From: Candidatus Krumholzibacteriia bacterium
GTDB taxonomy: Bacteria > Krumholzibacteriota > Krumholzibacteriia > JAJRXK01
DNA: 64,000 nucleotides
Reading direction: 5' to 3'
NCBI GenBank assembly: GCA_041484665.1
Contig: JBGPIA010000010.1
Span: 64,001-128,000, forward strand
Part shown: piece after piece, positions 1 through 9,515 of the stretch
Layout: the number at the start of each line of letters is the position of its first letter
Numbering within the stretch: the stretch's first letter is position 1
Notes under the pieces: generated by a model
The model's input: the letters and a program-made list of their open reading frames with translations, nothing else
The model's database searches: none
Told to the model about the DNA's origin: nothing
Translations under genes and position numbers: made by a program

Positions 1-178
1 CCGTCCGGGGCCCCTGGTTGTGCAGGCTCAGCAATACTCCGCGCCGACCGGCGCTCAGCTCTCCCTCCTGGTGGAGCTGCTGCGCCGCGAAGGTCAGCCG
101 GTGCATGAGCGCCACGTGGGCCGCGAGCAGCTCCTGCAGGGCCTCGACTGTGTCCGCGCGACGGGACCGGAGGGCCAT
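1..178 (-). CDS. MarR-family transcriptional regulator (partial; 3' end runs off the window)
   Basis: Not in the ORF track. ATG at 178 follows a strong SD (GAAAGGAG). Reads MALRSRRADTVEALQELLAAHVALMHRLTFAAQQLHQEGELSAGRRGVLLSLHNQGPRT, which resembles a MarR N-terminus leading into the wHTH. Confidence 0.65.
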   Translation of the reverse strand, partial: MALRSRRADTVEALQELLAAHVALMHRLTFAAQQLHQEGELSAGRRGVLLSLHNQGPRT

Positions 179-211
179 CGCAGACTCCTTTCTCCGGAGC
201 GCCGGTGCATC

Positions 212-298
212 ACCGGGACTGGGACTGGGACCGGAACCGGAACCCGGTTCGGGACCGGGCTCGGGATCGCCACCGGGACCGGGACCGCCGCCGGGTCC
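212..298. repeat. Degenerate hexamer tandem repeat (CCGGGA/CTGGGA/CCGGAA)
   Basis: Direct inspection; lies in the MarR leader. Confidence 0.7.
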
Positions 299-305
299 AC
301 AATAT

Positions 306-342
306 TGACAATAGACTTGTCATAATGACAACACACCTGTCG
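306..342. promoter_or_regulatory. Tandem palindromic operator sites, likely MarR autoregulation
   Basis: TGACAA-TAGAC-TTGTCA (306-322) and TGACAA-CACAC-CTGTCG (326-342), 20-bp period, in an AT-rich island upstream of the MarR-like gene. Confidence 0.6.
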
Positions 343-437
343 TTTGACGGAAGTTGTTACGGAACTGCAAAGAAAGGACGTGGGCCGGGTCTGGACGCGT
401 GGCGGCCGGCCTCGCGCGACGGGGCAGACAGCGGGAG

Positions 438-1874
438 TTACGCCGGGCGGCGCAGCCAGCCGGCGAGCCAGGCCAGGTCCTGGCGGCGCAGGGCGCGCGT
501 CAGCGGCAGCGCCGCCAGCCAGGCACCGATCATGGCGGCGCTGCGGGCAGCCGGCGGAGCGTGGCGCGCCGCGACGGCGGCCAGCCCGGCGGCCAGCAGC
601 GCCAGCGCAGGCCCCAGGAACGCCGTGGGCAGCGGGATGCGATAGCCGCGGCGGGCGGCAAAGCCGTAGTACAGCAGCAGCGTCACGCCGTAGCTGACGA
701 CGGTGGCCCAGGCGGCGCCCTCGATGCCCAGGCGCGGGATCCACCAGAGATTCAGCGTCACGCTGCAGACGATGCCCAAGGCGCCAATGCGCAGGAAGTC
801 GATCTCACGGTCGATGGCGTAGAGCAGGCGCGCCAGCATGTGGTCGCCGGCCTGCAGCACGATTCCCCACGACAACAGGCGCAGCGCGCCAGTGGCGGGC
901 AAGAACGCCGGCCCCGGGATGACACGCAGCGCGAGCGGCGCCAACACCCACACCGCCAGGCCGATTCCCGAGCAGAGCACCAGCGCCACGCGGGTGCTCT
1001 GCGCCATCAGCGCCACCGTGGGCGCGACCCCGCCGCTCTCCCGTGAGCGCCGCACCGCTGGGTACACCGCCGTGGCGAGGATGCGCGGTGCGAGCACGAC
1101 CACGTCGATCACGCGGATGGCGGCGCCGTAGAGCCCCACCTGCTCCTGCGGGAGCATCTTGCCCAGCATCAGCAGATCCACGCGGTGGAACAGCAGGGTG
1201 ATCAAGGTCGAGCCCAGCAGCGGCGCGCCCGCGTGTGCCAGGCGACGTACCTCGGCCGCCCGCACCTCGCGCAGATGCAGGTCGGCGAATTGGTGGCGGA
1301 CGGCGGCGGTGACCATCAGCCAGCGTGCGATGTATCCGGCCACCATCGCGCCGACGAAGCCGAGCAGCCCCAGCCCACCCCGCAGCGCCAGAGCGCCGGT
1401 CACGAACAGCACGAGCCCAGCCACAGCCAGGGCGCGCGCGGTGTACTCCATGCGCTCGCGTCCCTGCAGCACCGCGTCGCCGATGTCGCTGAGGTTCTCG
1501 AAGAACAGCGCGCTGCCCAGCACCAGCACCACCGGCAACACCCCCGGCGGGTAGCGCAGGAGCACGACCAGGCCGGCCAGCACGACGTAGGCCAGCGCGC
1601 CCGTGACCAGCTTCACCGCCGCAGCGGCGCTGGCCACGCGGGAGGCCGAGTCGGGATCGGTGGCCACCTCGCGCGTCACCAGGTAGTCGAGGCCGGAGTT
1701 GGCGAAGATGCGCGCGACCTCCACCAGGGTGGAGCCCGTGGCGTAGATACCGTAGCCAGCGGTGCCCAGCACGCGCCCCGCGATCGCGGTCAGCCCGACG
1801 CTGCACACCTTCGAGGCGCCGTGGGCCAGTGTCAGGAAATAGGTGTTGCGCGCGATGACGCGCCCGTCGCCCAT
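438..1874 (-). CDS. Oligosaccharide flippase (Wzx/RfbX, MOP superfamily)
   Basis: 478 aa, many TM helices; motifs IARNTYFL, LGTAGYGIY, VDLLMLG, VGLYGAA, LNLWWIPRLGIEGAAWAT. Confidence 0.9.
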   Translation of the reverse strand: MGDGRVIARNTYFLTLAHGASKVCSVGLTAIAGRVLGTAGYGIYATGSTLVEVARIFANSGLDYLVTREVATDPDSASRVASAAAAVKLVTGALAYVVLAGLVVLLRYPPGVLPVVLVLGSALFFENLSDIGDAVLQGRERMEYTARALAVAGLVLFVTGALALRGGLGLLGFVGAMVAGYIARWLMVTAAVRHQFADLHLREVRAAEVRRLAHAGAPLLGSTLITLLFHRVDLLMLGKMLPQEQVGLYGAAIRVIDVVVLAPRILATAVYPAVRRSRESGGVAPTVALMAQSTRVALVLCSGIGLAVWVLAPLALRVIPGPAFLPATGALRLLSWGIVLQAGDHMLARLLYAIDREIDFLRIGALGIVCSVTLNLWWIPRLGIEGAAWATVVSYGVTLLLYYGFAARRGYRIPLPTAFLGPALALLAAGLAAVAARHAPPAARSAAMIGAWLAALPLTRALRRQDLAWLAGWLRRPA

Positions 1875-1916
1875 GGGAACCGCCTCGCCTTCCCGATCGG
1901 GCCGACTGTCGCGGGT

Positions 1917-3638
1917 CTAGAACACCTGGCCCATGCCCAGGCTCAGCACCGGTGCTGGCCGGTCTCCTTCGTACAGCACCGGCCACGCCAGGTCCACGCG
2001 GATCGGCTCATTCACCGCCGCCCGGCTGAGCCCGATGCGCGCGCCGAACCCCACCGCGCCCCGGAAACTGTGCCAGGTCACGTCGGTCTCGTTCTCGAAC
2101 CAGGCGGTGCCGACGTCGAAGAAGGCGGCGATGCCCGGCGTCACCAGGTCCGCCAGGCCTGGACGATAGACCCAGCGTGCCTCGAGATTGCCCCTCACCA
2201 GCCGGTCGCCGGCGAACTCCTGGAAGCGCGCCGCCCGCAGCCCGCTGTCGATCCCCAGCAGGAAGGGGGCGTGCCGGTCGAGGTTGTTGCCGACTGCTCC
2301 CAGCGCGCCGGCGGCGAGGGTGAAGCCGTCGCCGACCTTCCAGTACCCGCCCGCTTGGCCAACGGAGCGAACGTCGAGGCTACGGTCGACCTGGTAGTAC
2401 CCGCTGACGCTCAGGTGCGAGCGCATGATCAGGTGGCGGCTGGTCACGATCCAGACGTCGCGCAGGCGGTAGGCGAGGGCGGTGTCGGAGCTGCCCAGCA
2501 ACCGCGTGACCCACCCCACCGCGAGCTCCCCCTCATGCCCCAGCGGGAGGTCCTCCACCCGCCCCATCTCGAACAGGAAGCGCTCGCGGCCGTACCGGGT
2601 GGTGTGATGGTCCAGGGCGAAGTCGAAGCTGTTGAAGCTGCGGTCCTCGGGCAGCCCGGCAGCGATGCTGGTGGCCGTGCCCAGGGAGCCCACGGCATCG
2701 TGCAGCTCCAGGCCTTCCTCCGGGTTGAATCCCTGGCTCCGCACGGTCAGGCCCAGCCCGACACGCCACACGCCGCCGGAGTAGGTGCGGACGCGCCGCC
2801 GCACCTCCACGCCCAGGTCCGTCACGTCGGAGTGGGGCCGCACGTAGCGTCGCCCGTCGACGTAGTAGCGCGGGCGCTGGCCCGCGTGGACATAGCGTGC
2901 CCCCAGGCCCCAGTCGGACGCGAGACTGAAGAATGGCCGTTCCAGGCTCCAGGCGGTCGTGCTGCCGTCGCTGGTGTCGCCCCGCAGGATGCGCGCGCGC
3001 GATTGACCGTCGAGGATCTGCCGCAGGCCCAGGCCGAGGGTACCCGTGCGGCGGTCGAGATCCTCGCTGAGCCCGAACGACACCGAGTTCCCGGTGCCCA
3101 GCAGGTTGTGCTCGTCGACGGCCAGCGACCAGATCGGCCGGCTCTCGAACCGCTCGTAGCGGAAATCGAGCGTCGTGGTCCAGACCTCGCGCGTGCGCAC
3201 GAGCACGTCGACGGTGTCGGCAGCGACCGTGACCGCGGAAATGTCGGTCTCGGCCAGGAACCCTGTCGCGCGCAGCTTGCGCTCACTCTCCTCCAGCCGC
3301 GCCAGATCCAGGCAGTCACCCTCGTGGATGACGAGCTCGTGGCGGATCACGCGCGCGCGGGTGTCCACGTGGAGCCAGTCCACCGCGCGCAACGGGAGCC
3401 AGGGCAAGCGAGCGCGGTCCTCGGCCGTGAAGATGGGCTGGCGGTCGACCAGGATGCGCCGGATCACGGTGCACCCCCCGTCGGCCCTTGCGAGCGCCAG
3501 CGGGATCACTGGCGCCAGCAGCATACACGCGATCGATCGGGCCAGCAGCCCGCGCGTCTGGGATCTAGCGCGTAACGCAGGCGTGGGCCGACGTCGGCCA
3601 AAACCTGACATCTGACAGCGGATGCGGAGCCCAATCAT
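1917..3638 (-). CDS. Omp85/BamA-TamA-like outer membrane protein (true start may be near 3524)
   Basis: Signal-like segment, POTRA-like TRARVIRHEL...ESERKLR, EHNLLGTG, C-terminal FFDVGTAW...GFGARIG...RVDLAWP, terminal Phe. Confidence 0.8.
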   Translation of the reverse strand: MIGLRIRCQMSGFGRRRPTPALRARSQTRGLLARSIACMLLAPVIPLALARADGGCTVIRRILVDRQPIFTAEDRARLPWLPLRAVDWLHVDTRARVIRHELVIHEGDCLDLARLEESERKLRATGFLAETDISAVTVAADTVDVLVRTREVWTTTLDFRYERFESRPIWSLAVDEHNLLGTGNSVSFGLSEDLDRRTGTLGLGLRQILDGQSRARILRGDTSDGSTTAWSLERPFFSLASDWGLGARYVHAGQRPRYYVDGRRYVRPHSDVTDLGVEVRRRVRTYSGGVWRVGLGLTVRSQGFNPEEGLELHDAVGSLGTATSIAAGLPEDRSFNSFDFALDHHTTRYGRERFLFEMGRVEDLPLGHEGELAVGWVTRLLGSSDTALAYRLRDVWIVTSRHLIMRSHLSVSGYYQVDRSLDVRSVGQAGGYWKVGDGFTLAAGALGAVGNNLDRHAPFLLGIDSGLRAARFQEFAGDRLVRGNLEARWVYRPGLADLVTPGIAAFFDVGTAWFENETDVTWHSFRGAVGFGARIGLSRAAVNEPIRVDLAWPVLYEGDRPAPVLSLGMGQVF

Positions 3639-3771
3639 GTCACGTTGTCATGATTGCTGGGACGCTGGTGTCACGTTTCTGGAATCGCGCGGTGGGGAGA
3701 GGCGGGGGATGATGGTGCATAAGCGTCTATACGTCAATCCATTAGCTTAGCGCAACCCCGAAGGTGCACGG

Positions 3772-3798
3772 CTGGCACTCCACTTGAAGTTGTGCAAC
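3772..3798 (+). promoter_or_regulatory. Degenerate CIRCE-like (or sigma54-like) element upstream of hsp20
   Basis: CTGGCACTC-N9-TTGTGCAAC vs CIRCE TTAGCACTC-N9-GAGTGCTAA (7/9 and 5/9 matches). Confidence 0.4.
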
Positions 3799-3946
3799 GT
3801 CGGCACGCCCGCGAGGACTGGGCGCCGGGAGCCTCCGGCGCAGGGTCGCGGACGGCCGAGGCCACGGCGCACAACGCGCAGCGGCCCGGGGCCACGCGAG
3901 CCCGGCAGCGAGCGGTGGCCCGCACGTACCCTGAGGAGGGAATCCC

Positions 3947-4372
3947 ATGACGACCCTGATGACCCCCTTCACGACGTTCGAGACGCTGTGGAGCCGGCTG
4001 AACGCTCTCGCTCCGTCCACGCAGACCGGCGGCGAAGGCGACCCGATGGTCGCGCTCCGGCCGCACGTCGACATCTTTGAGAGCGCCTCTGAATTCGTGA
4101 TCGAGACCGACCTGCCTGGCGTGTCGAAGGACGCGCTCAAGGTCGAGGTCGAGAAGGACCGTCTGACGATTCGTGCCACGCGCGAGCCGCAAGCGCACGA
4201 GCATGAGCCGATCCACATCGAGCGCTACGCACGCGCGACGTTGGAACGGACATTCACCTTGGGCACCGATCTCGACGCGAGCGCGATCAAGGCCCAGCTC
4301 AAGGACGGCGTCCTGCGGCTGACGCTCCCCAAGGCTGAGCGGGCACTGCCCAAGCGCATCGCGGTCGAGTAG
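3947..4372 (+). CDS. Hsp20/alpha-crystallin small heat-shock protein
   Basis: PHVDIFE, DLPGVSK, ERTFTL, IKAQLKDGVLRLTLPK, C-terminal IAV; SD GAGGAGG. Confidence 0.95.
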   Translation: MTTLMTPFTTFETLWSRLNALAPSTQTGGEGDPMVALRPHVDIFESASEFVIETDLPGVSKDALKVEVEKDRLTIRATREPQAHEHEPIHIERYARATLERTFTLGTDLDASAIKAQLKDGVLRLTLPKAERALPKRIAVE

Positions 4373-4441
4373 TCAGCGTAGCGCGCTTGCAGACGGCCAC
4401 GCTCACGGGTTCTTCCGTGGCATGGTCCGCCGGGCAGGAAC

Positions 4442-4635
4442 GGGCGGCCGCAACTCGGGCTCGCGGCCGCCCCTCTCCCAAAGCGACTTCGAAGAGCGGT
4501 GAAGGCCCACGGGAAACCGTGGGCCCTTTCATTGGGTCAATTCCTGCCGGGCTGCGCGTATACGGACGTGACTGCCCTTCGTCGCCACCGCTGGAACGGA
4601 CCTTGCCTTTGGGAGGTGGAGGGGGCAAAGACCCC
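4442..4635 (+). ncRNA. Candidate structured RNA or cis-regulatory leader, unassigned
   Basis: Nested pairings 4475-4483/4607-4615 and 4495-4501/4586-4592, plus GAAA-capped hairpin 4504-4525; flanking 10-bp hairpin 4442-4472. Confidence 0.4.
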
Positions 4636-4679
4636 GCCAGGACACGATCGGTCACGCACTGCAGCTGTGAGGAAGCCCC

Positions 4680-5234
4680 ATGACCGATAGAGCCGCGATG
4701 GTCGCGCCACGCCTTGTTGACCTGATCCGGGCGCTGCCCGAGTACGAAGCCTACGGCGACGCTGACACGGCCTACCACAGTGAGTCCCCCTACCGGTTGG
4801 CGATCGGGCGGCTCCTGAAGGACTGGGGCGATCGTCTCCTGGACATCGCCGAGTTCCAGGGGCGCTTCCTTTCCGCCGAGCAGGCCCGCGCTATCGATGC
4901 GCTCGTACAGAGGATCAGCGACGTCTTCCGGCTGCTCAACTGCAGCGGCCACATCGCCCTGGATACCCGCGACCGGGAGCTGCTGCGCGAGCTGCGCGGC
5001 ACGGACGCCCGGCTGCTGCGCCTCCTGGAGGAGAGCTCCGAGCTGACGGGGGAGCTGCGGCGCTCCGATATGTCGGTGGAATGGCTGCGCACGACCGCGG
5101 GGCCGCTCTACCGCCGCCTGCGCCGCATCCGCCGCCAGGCGCAGCTGCGCAACGAGCTGCTGGGGCTGACACCCGAGCCCTTGGCCAAGCCCGCACAGCG
5201 CGTCGCACAGCCGCAACGCGAGCAGCGCCGCTAG
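4680..5234 (+). CDS. Hypothetical alpha-helical protein
   Basis: 184 aa, SD GAGGA, protein-like composition and codon usage. Confidence 0.7.
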   Translation: MTDRAAMVAPRLVDLIRALPEYEAYGDADTAYHSESPYRLAIGRLLKDWGDRLLDIAEFQGRFLSAEQARAIDALVQRISDVFRLLNCSGHIALDTRDRELLRELRGTDARLLRLLEESSELTGELRRSDMSVEWLRTTAGPLYRRLRRIRRQAQLRNELLGLTPEPLAKPAQRVAQPQREQRR

Positions 5235-5236
5235 CC

Positions 5237-6082
5237 ATGGCAGCCAGTCCGGCACCGGGCGCTGCGGGCGCCGTCCACTCGCTCGCGGTCACGGCCGCGG
5301 GGGGACGTCGCGTCGTGGAGTGGAGTGCGCGGGAAGGCATGCTGGCCAGCCAGCCGCTCAGCCTTGCGCCGTATCACGGCACGGATCTGGAGCTGGTCGT
5401 GCGCGAAGGGCAGGTTGCCCTCCTGCTGGACGACCACCGCGTGGTCGGCGTGTTTCTGCCCCAGGTGCACGCCGTGGAGGTCGCGGGCGCGCAAGCGGGC
5501 GGGCCGCCGGCGCCGCGCCGCACCGACCTCCACCCCCGCTTCCTGCAGCTGTCGCCGCGGCACGTGCTGCTCATGGTGGCGGTCGATTCGCCGCTCACGC
5601 TGGCGCTCGACGCGTGCCGTACGAGCCCCACGACCGACGGCCGCCCGGCCGCGCCCACGCAGCCGCAGGGCACCGCAACCGTCGAGATCGGCGATCCTGT
5701 GCGCTTCTACAACAGCTTCTTGCGCCGCACCGAGGACCTGGGCGCCGAGCAGCTGGAGCGCGTGCTGCGCGCGCTGCTGCAGGGCCAGGCCGCGGCTGCG
5801 ACCCGGCCTTTTGCGGCGGGCGGCACCGCCGACCCGCAGCGGGGCAGCGGACGCGGCAACGGCGTCGCACGCGGCACCGACGTCGCGCGCGGCACCGACC
5901 TGGCCGGCGGTACCCGCGAGCCGGGCACCAGCCGCCGCCAGCGACGCGGGGCGTTACGGCGCAATCTGGCCGCCGTGGGCCTGCGCCTGCGGGAGCTGCG
6001 CATCGTACCGGAGCCGGCCACGCCCGACCCGGCCGGCGCGCTCCCACCCCTTCCGGCGAGCCTGCCCTCGACGCAGATCTGA
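5237..6082 (+). CDS. Hypothetical protein
   Basis: ATG 3 nt after the upstream stop; in frame with ORF 5081..6082; plausible codon usage, no recognisable motif. Confidence 0.5.
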   Translation: MAASPAPGAAGAVHSLAVTAAGGRRVVEWSAREGMLASQPLSLAPYHGTDLELVVREGQVALLLDDHRVVGVFLPQVHAVEVAGAQAGGPPAPRRTDLHPRFLQLSPRHVLLMVAVDSPLTLALDACRTSPTTDGRPAAPTQPQGTATVEIGDPVRFYNSFLRRTEDLGAEQLERVLRALLQGQAAAATRPFAAGGTADPQRGSGRGNGVARGTDVARGTDLAGGTREPGTSRRQRRGALRRNLAAVGLRLRELRIVPEPATPDPAGALPPLPASLPSTQI

Positions 6083-6136
6083 CCGCCGCCGCGGCCGTTC
6101 TGGCCGTGGCTCCCGCGGCTGACTAGAATGCCAGCC

Positions 6137-6841
6137 ATGCTCGAGCTGCGCGGACTTAGCAAGCGCTTCGGACGGCATGAGGCGCTGCGGGATGTAAGCC
6201 TCACCGTGCGGCCCGGCGAGATCTACGGGCTGCTCGGGCCCAACGGCTCGGGCAAGTCGACCACCCTCAAGATCGCGACCGGCCTGGTCTTCCCCGACCG
6301 CGGCGATGTGCGCATCGGCGGTGTGGACCTGGCGCAGGACCGCCTTGCCGCATTGCGGCAGATCGGCGCGCAGATCGAGGCGCCGGCGTTTCCAGCGCAC
6401 CTGAGCGGGCGGCGCAACCTGCAGCTCTTGGCCGACGTCCAGCAGGCTCCGCGCCCGCAAGCCGATGCGCTGCTGGAGCAGGTCGGCCTGGGGCAGGCCG
6501 CGGACCGCCGCGTCGAGGGCTACTCGACCGGGATGAGACAGCGCCTCGGTTTGGCGGCCGCGCTGCTCGGCAGGCCCGCGGTGCTCATCCTCGACGAGCC
6601 GACCAGCGGCCTGGATCCCGAGGGACGCGAGGAGATGCTCGCCTTGATCGCTGCCTTGGCCCGCGATGGCGCGCTGGCCGTGCTCTTCACCAGCCACGTC
6701 TTCGATGAGGTGGCGCGTCTGTGCCAGCGCATCGGCATCCTGCAGGCCGGGGCGTTGGTGCACGAGGGCCCGGTGCAGGACGCCGACCGCCTGCGCCAGC
6801 TGTACTTCGGCGGCGCCGCGCCGCGAGAGGCCGTCTTGTGA
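6137..6841 (+). CDS. ABC transporter ATP-binding protein
   Basis: Walker A GPNGSGKST, signature YSTGMRQR, Walker B LILDEPT, H-loop SH. Confidence 0.95.
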   Translation: MLELRGLSKRFGRHEALRDVSLTVRPGEIYGLLGPNGSGKSTTLKIATGLVFPDRGDVRIGGVDLAQDRLAALRQIGAQIEAPAFPAHLSGRRNLQLLADVQQAPRPQADALLEQVGLGQAADRRVEGYSTGMRQRLGLAAALLGRPAVLILDEPTSGLDPEGREEMLALIAALARDGALAVLFTSHVFDEVARLCQRIGILQAGALVHEGPVQDADRLRQLYFGGAAPREAVL

Positions 6842-7647
6842 TCGGACGCGCTCTGCGCCTGGAGTGGGGGCGGTTCCGCGCGCGCCGCGAGACGCGCGCA
6901 GCCGCGCTCTTCCTGCTCTTGGGCACGGTCGGCTACGGACTGCTGCTGCGTGCGGTGGGCGGCTCGGGCCTGCCGGGCGCGGCGCTGGTGGGCGCGGAGC
7001 CCAGCGGCTTCCACCTCGCCTACAAGACCGCGCGGGGCATCGTGCCGCTGTTGGCACTGTTCCTGTTGCTGTGGAGCGCGGGCAGCATCGCCTCGGAGCT
7101 GGAGTCGGGTACCTTGCGCGCCCCGTTGCTGCGCCTGCCGCGCCCGGCGGTGGCGCTGGGCAAGGCCGCCCTCTACGTGGCGGCGGCGGCCGTGCTGCTG
7201 GGCGTCATCTTCGCGTTAGGCCTCGCGCTGGGCGCGCTCACCTTCGGGCTGCACGCAGTGACCGCGGACAGCATCGTGCTGCACACTGCGGGGGCGCTGC
7301 TTGGCTCGGGCCTGCTGGGCGCGTTGCTGACGCTCTTGCCTTTGGCCTCGGTCGTGGCGCTGGGGATCTGCGCCTCGTGCCTCACGCGCACGGCGCACGC
7401 CGCGCTGACGCTGGCGCTGATCGTGGCCTGCGTGTTGTGGGCGGCAACGCTGTTGCCCGTAGCCGAACGCGTGGTGTTCCCGGCGACGTTGGGTCGGCCG
7501 CTGGCGGTCGCGCTCAGCCGTGCCGAGGGGCTCAAGACCGAGAGCTTTCGGGACGGGCTGCTCCAGCACCTGCTCGTCAACGCGCTGTGGACCGCGGGGC
7601 TGCTGGGGCTGGGCGTGGCGCGCTTCCGTCGGCGGGATCTGCCGTGA
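6838..7647 (+). CDS. ABC-2 type transporter permease
   Basis: GTGA overlap with the ATPase; about 6 TM helices; SIASELESGTLRAPLL motif; ends FRRRDLP. Confidence 0.85.
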   Translation: MIGRALRLEWGRFRARRETRAAALFLLLGTVGYGLLLRAVGGSGLPGAALVGAEPSGFHLAYKTARGIVPLLALFLLLWSAGSIASELESGTLRAPLLRLPRPAVALGKAALYVAAAAVLLGVIFALGLALGALTFGLHAVTADSIVLHTAGALLGSGLLGALLTLLPLASVVALGICASCLTRTAHAALTLALIVACVLWAATLLPVAERVVFPATLGRPLAVALSRAEGLKTESFRDGLLQHLLVNALWTAGLLGLGVARFRRRDLP

Positions 7648-9461
7648 CGCGGGCCTGGCACGGGTGGGGGCGGGTGACGCCGATGACGCCGGGGGCAGCA
7701 GCCCTGCCGTCTTGGGCGGCGCTCCTGCGTGTCGGGGCGCTGCTGCTCGCGGCGGCGCCCGGGGCGCGTTCCGCCCCCGTCGAGGTGGAGGGACCGCTCG
7801 CGTTCAACAGCTACCTGCTCGAGCTGCCCGGCAAGGTCCGCTTCACTTACTATGAGGACATCGACCGCGACGGGCTCACCGATGTGCTCGCGGTCTACGG
7901 GAACTCGGACCCGAAGCGGCCACCGCGTGATCTGGCGGTCTTCTTCCAGCGCAAGGACGGCTTTGCGCCGCGGCCCGACCTGCGCTTGCGCATCCCCGAC
8001 GAGGTCGCGGTCATCGACCTGGGTGATGTCGAGGAAAGCGTGCCGGGGGAAGAGCTGCTGCTGCTCGACGGCACCGGCGTCGACTGGTTCCCGCTCGTGC
8101 GGCCGCAGCCCGGGACGGCAGCCGGGAGCGCTGCGGCAAATGCTGCGGCAGGCACGGCGGCAGGCACGGCGGCGGACACGGCGGCAGACACGGCGGTGGA
8201 CACGGCGGCAGACACGGCGGTGGGCGCACCCACGGACGCAGGGCGGGATGTCGCGGCGGACACAGTGGTGAGCGCCGCAGCAGACTCGGCTGCCGGCGGG
8301 CCGATCCTGGCACGAGGCACGCGGCTGGTGGCCGTGGACGGCCTGCTGGCCGCCTCCGACCCCGAGAACCTGCGCAAGTACGACTTCGCGCGCCCGTTGG
8401 ACGCTGCGACGCGCGCCACGCTGTTCATTCCGCGCACGGAGGGCTACCGCGTCTTCTACCCCGCCGACGACTATGCCGTCGGGCAGGACATCCCGGTGCG
8501 CCACGTCCACCGCATCGGCGCGAATTCCGAACGCAGCGACCGCGACCAGATGGAGTACCGCGTGCGCCCCGCGGTCATCCAGCTGGTCGATTTCGACGGC
8601 GACGGCCGCCAGGATTTCGCCGTCGCCCACCTCGACGAGGTCGCCGTGCACCGCCAGGTGGACGGGCGCTTCACCACCGCAGCCGATCTGGACCTGTCCC
8701 TGGGGATCCTCACCAACGTGGACCGCGAGTCGGCCCAGGGAGTGGACTCGCTCATCGATTTCAAGCTGGCGGACTTCGACGGCGACAAGCTCGCCGATGT
8801 GTTCGTATGGAAGACCGTGGTCCAGAAGAAGGCCGTCATCAACGACAAGCAGCAGTACCAGCTCTACCGCAATCGCGGCTTCCGGTTCGAGCCGGTGCCC
8901 GACCAGGCATTCGTGCTTAAGAGCTTCGACGCCGCCACCATTGCCGATCTCGACGGCAACGGCAAGCTGGACCTGGTCACCGGCTACTTCGAGTTCAGCG
9001 TCGCCAACATCATCAAGGCGCTGCTCTCCAAGAAGTTCGCCATCGACCTGAGCTTCTTCCTGGCCGATGAGCACGGCTTCCCCGACCGCCCGGCGGAGAC
9101 ACGTGAGTTCAAGATCCGGTTCAGCCTCTCCAATCTGGACGAGACGTTCGCGCCGGCGGTCGACGTGGAGGACGACTTCGACGGCAACGGCGTGGTGGAC
9201 TTCCTGCTGCAGACCGACGACCAGCGCGTGGACATCTTCCTGGGATCGGCAGGGGGGCCCCACCTGTTCGAGCAGAAGGCCTCGGTAAGGCTCCAGACGC
9301 CGGCCTGCGAGCGCCATCACGCCGCCGACATGAACGGCGACGGCCGGGCCGATCTCGCGTTCGACTCGTTTCCCGACCGCGCTCCGTTCAAACCGGGCTG
9401 GATCAACATCGTGCTCAGCAGCGGAGCGCCGGCGCGGCCGCCTGTCCCGCAGCCGCGTTAG
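7644..9461 (+). CDS. Secreted FG-GAP/VCBS repeat beta-propeller protein
   Basis: GTGA overlap; signal peptide; repeats DIDRDGLTD, DFDGDGRQD, DFDGDKLAD, DLDGNGKLD, DFDGNGVVD, DMNGDGRAD. Confidence 0.85.
   Translation: MTRAWHGWGRVTPMTPGAAALPSWAALLRVGALLLAAAPGARSAPVEVEGPLAFNSYLLELPGKVRFTYYEDIDRDGLTDVLAVYGNSDPKRPPRDLAVFFQRKDGFAPRPDLRLRIPDEVAVIDLGDVEESVPGEELLLLDGTGVDWFPLVRPQPGTAAGSAAANAAAGTAAGTAADTAADTAVDTAADTAVGAPTDAGRDVAADTVVSAAADSAAGGPILARGTRLVAVDGLLAASDPENLRKYDFARPLDAATRATLFIPRTEGYRVFYPADDYAVGQDIPVRHVHRIGANSERSDRDQMEYRVRPAVIQLVDFDGDGRQDFAVAHLDEVAVHRQVDGRFTTAADLDLSLGILTNVDRESAQGVDSLIDFKLADFDGDKLADVFVWKTVVQKKAVINDKQQYQLYRNRGFRFEPVPDQAFVLKSFDAATIADLDGNGKLDLVTGYFEFSVANIIKALLSKKFAIDLSFFLADEHGFPDRPAETREFKIRFSLSNLDETFAPAVDVEDDFDGNGVVDFLLQTDDQRVDIFLGSAGGPHLFEQKASVRLQTPACERHHAADMNGDGRADLAFDSFPDRAPFKPGWINIVLSSGAPARPPVPQPR
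8145..8222 (+). repeat. 12-bp coding tandem repeat (GCGGCRGRCACG-like; AAGT/AADT)
   Basis: About six imperfect copies inside the FG-GAP gene. Confidence 0.8.
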
Positions 9462-9515
9462 GAGCGCCGCGGATGGCGCTTTCCCATGACCGAGGGGCGT
9501 TGTAGGGTGTCGGCC

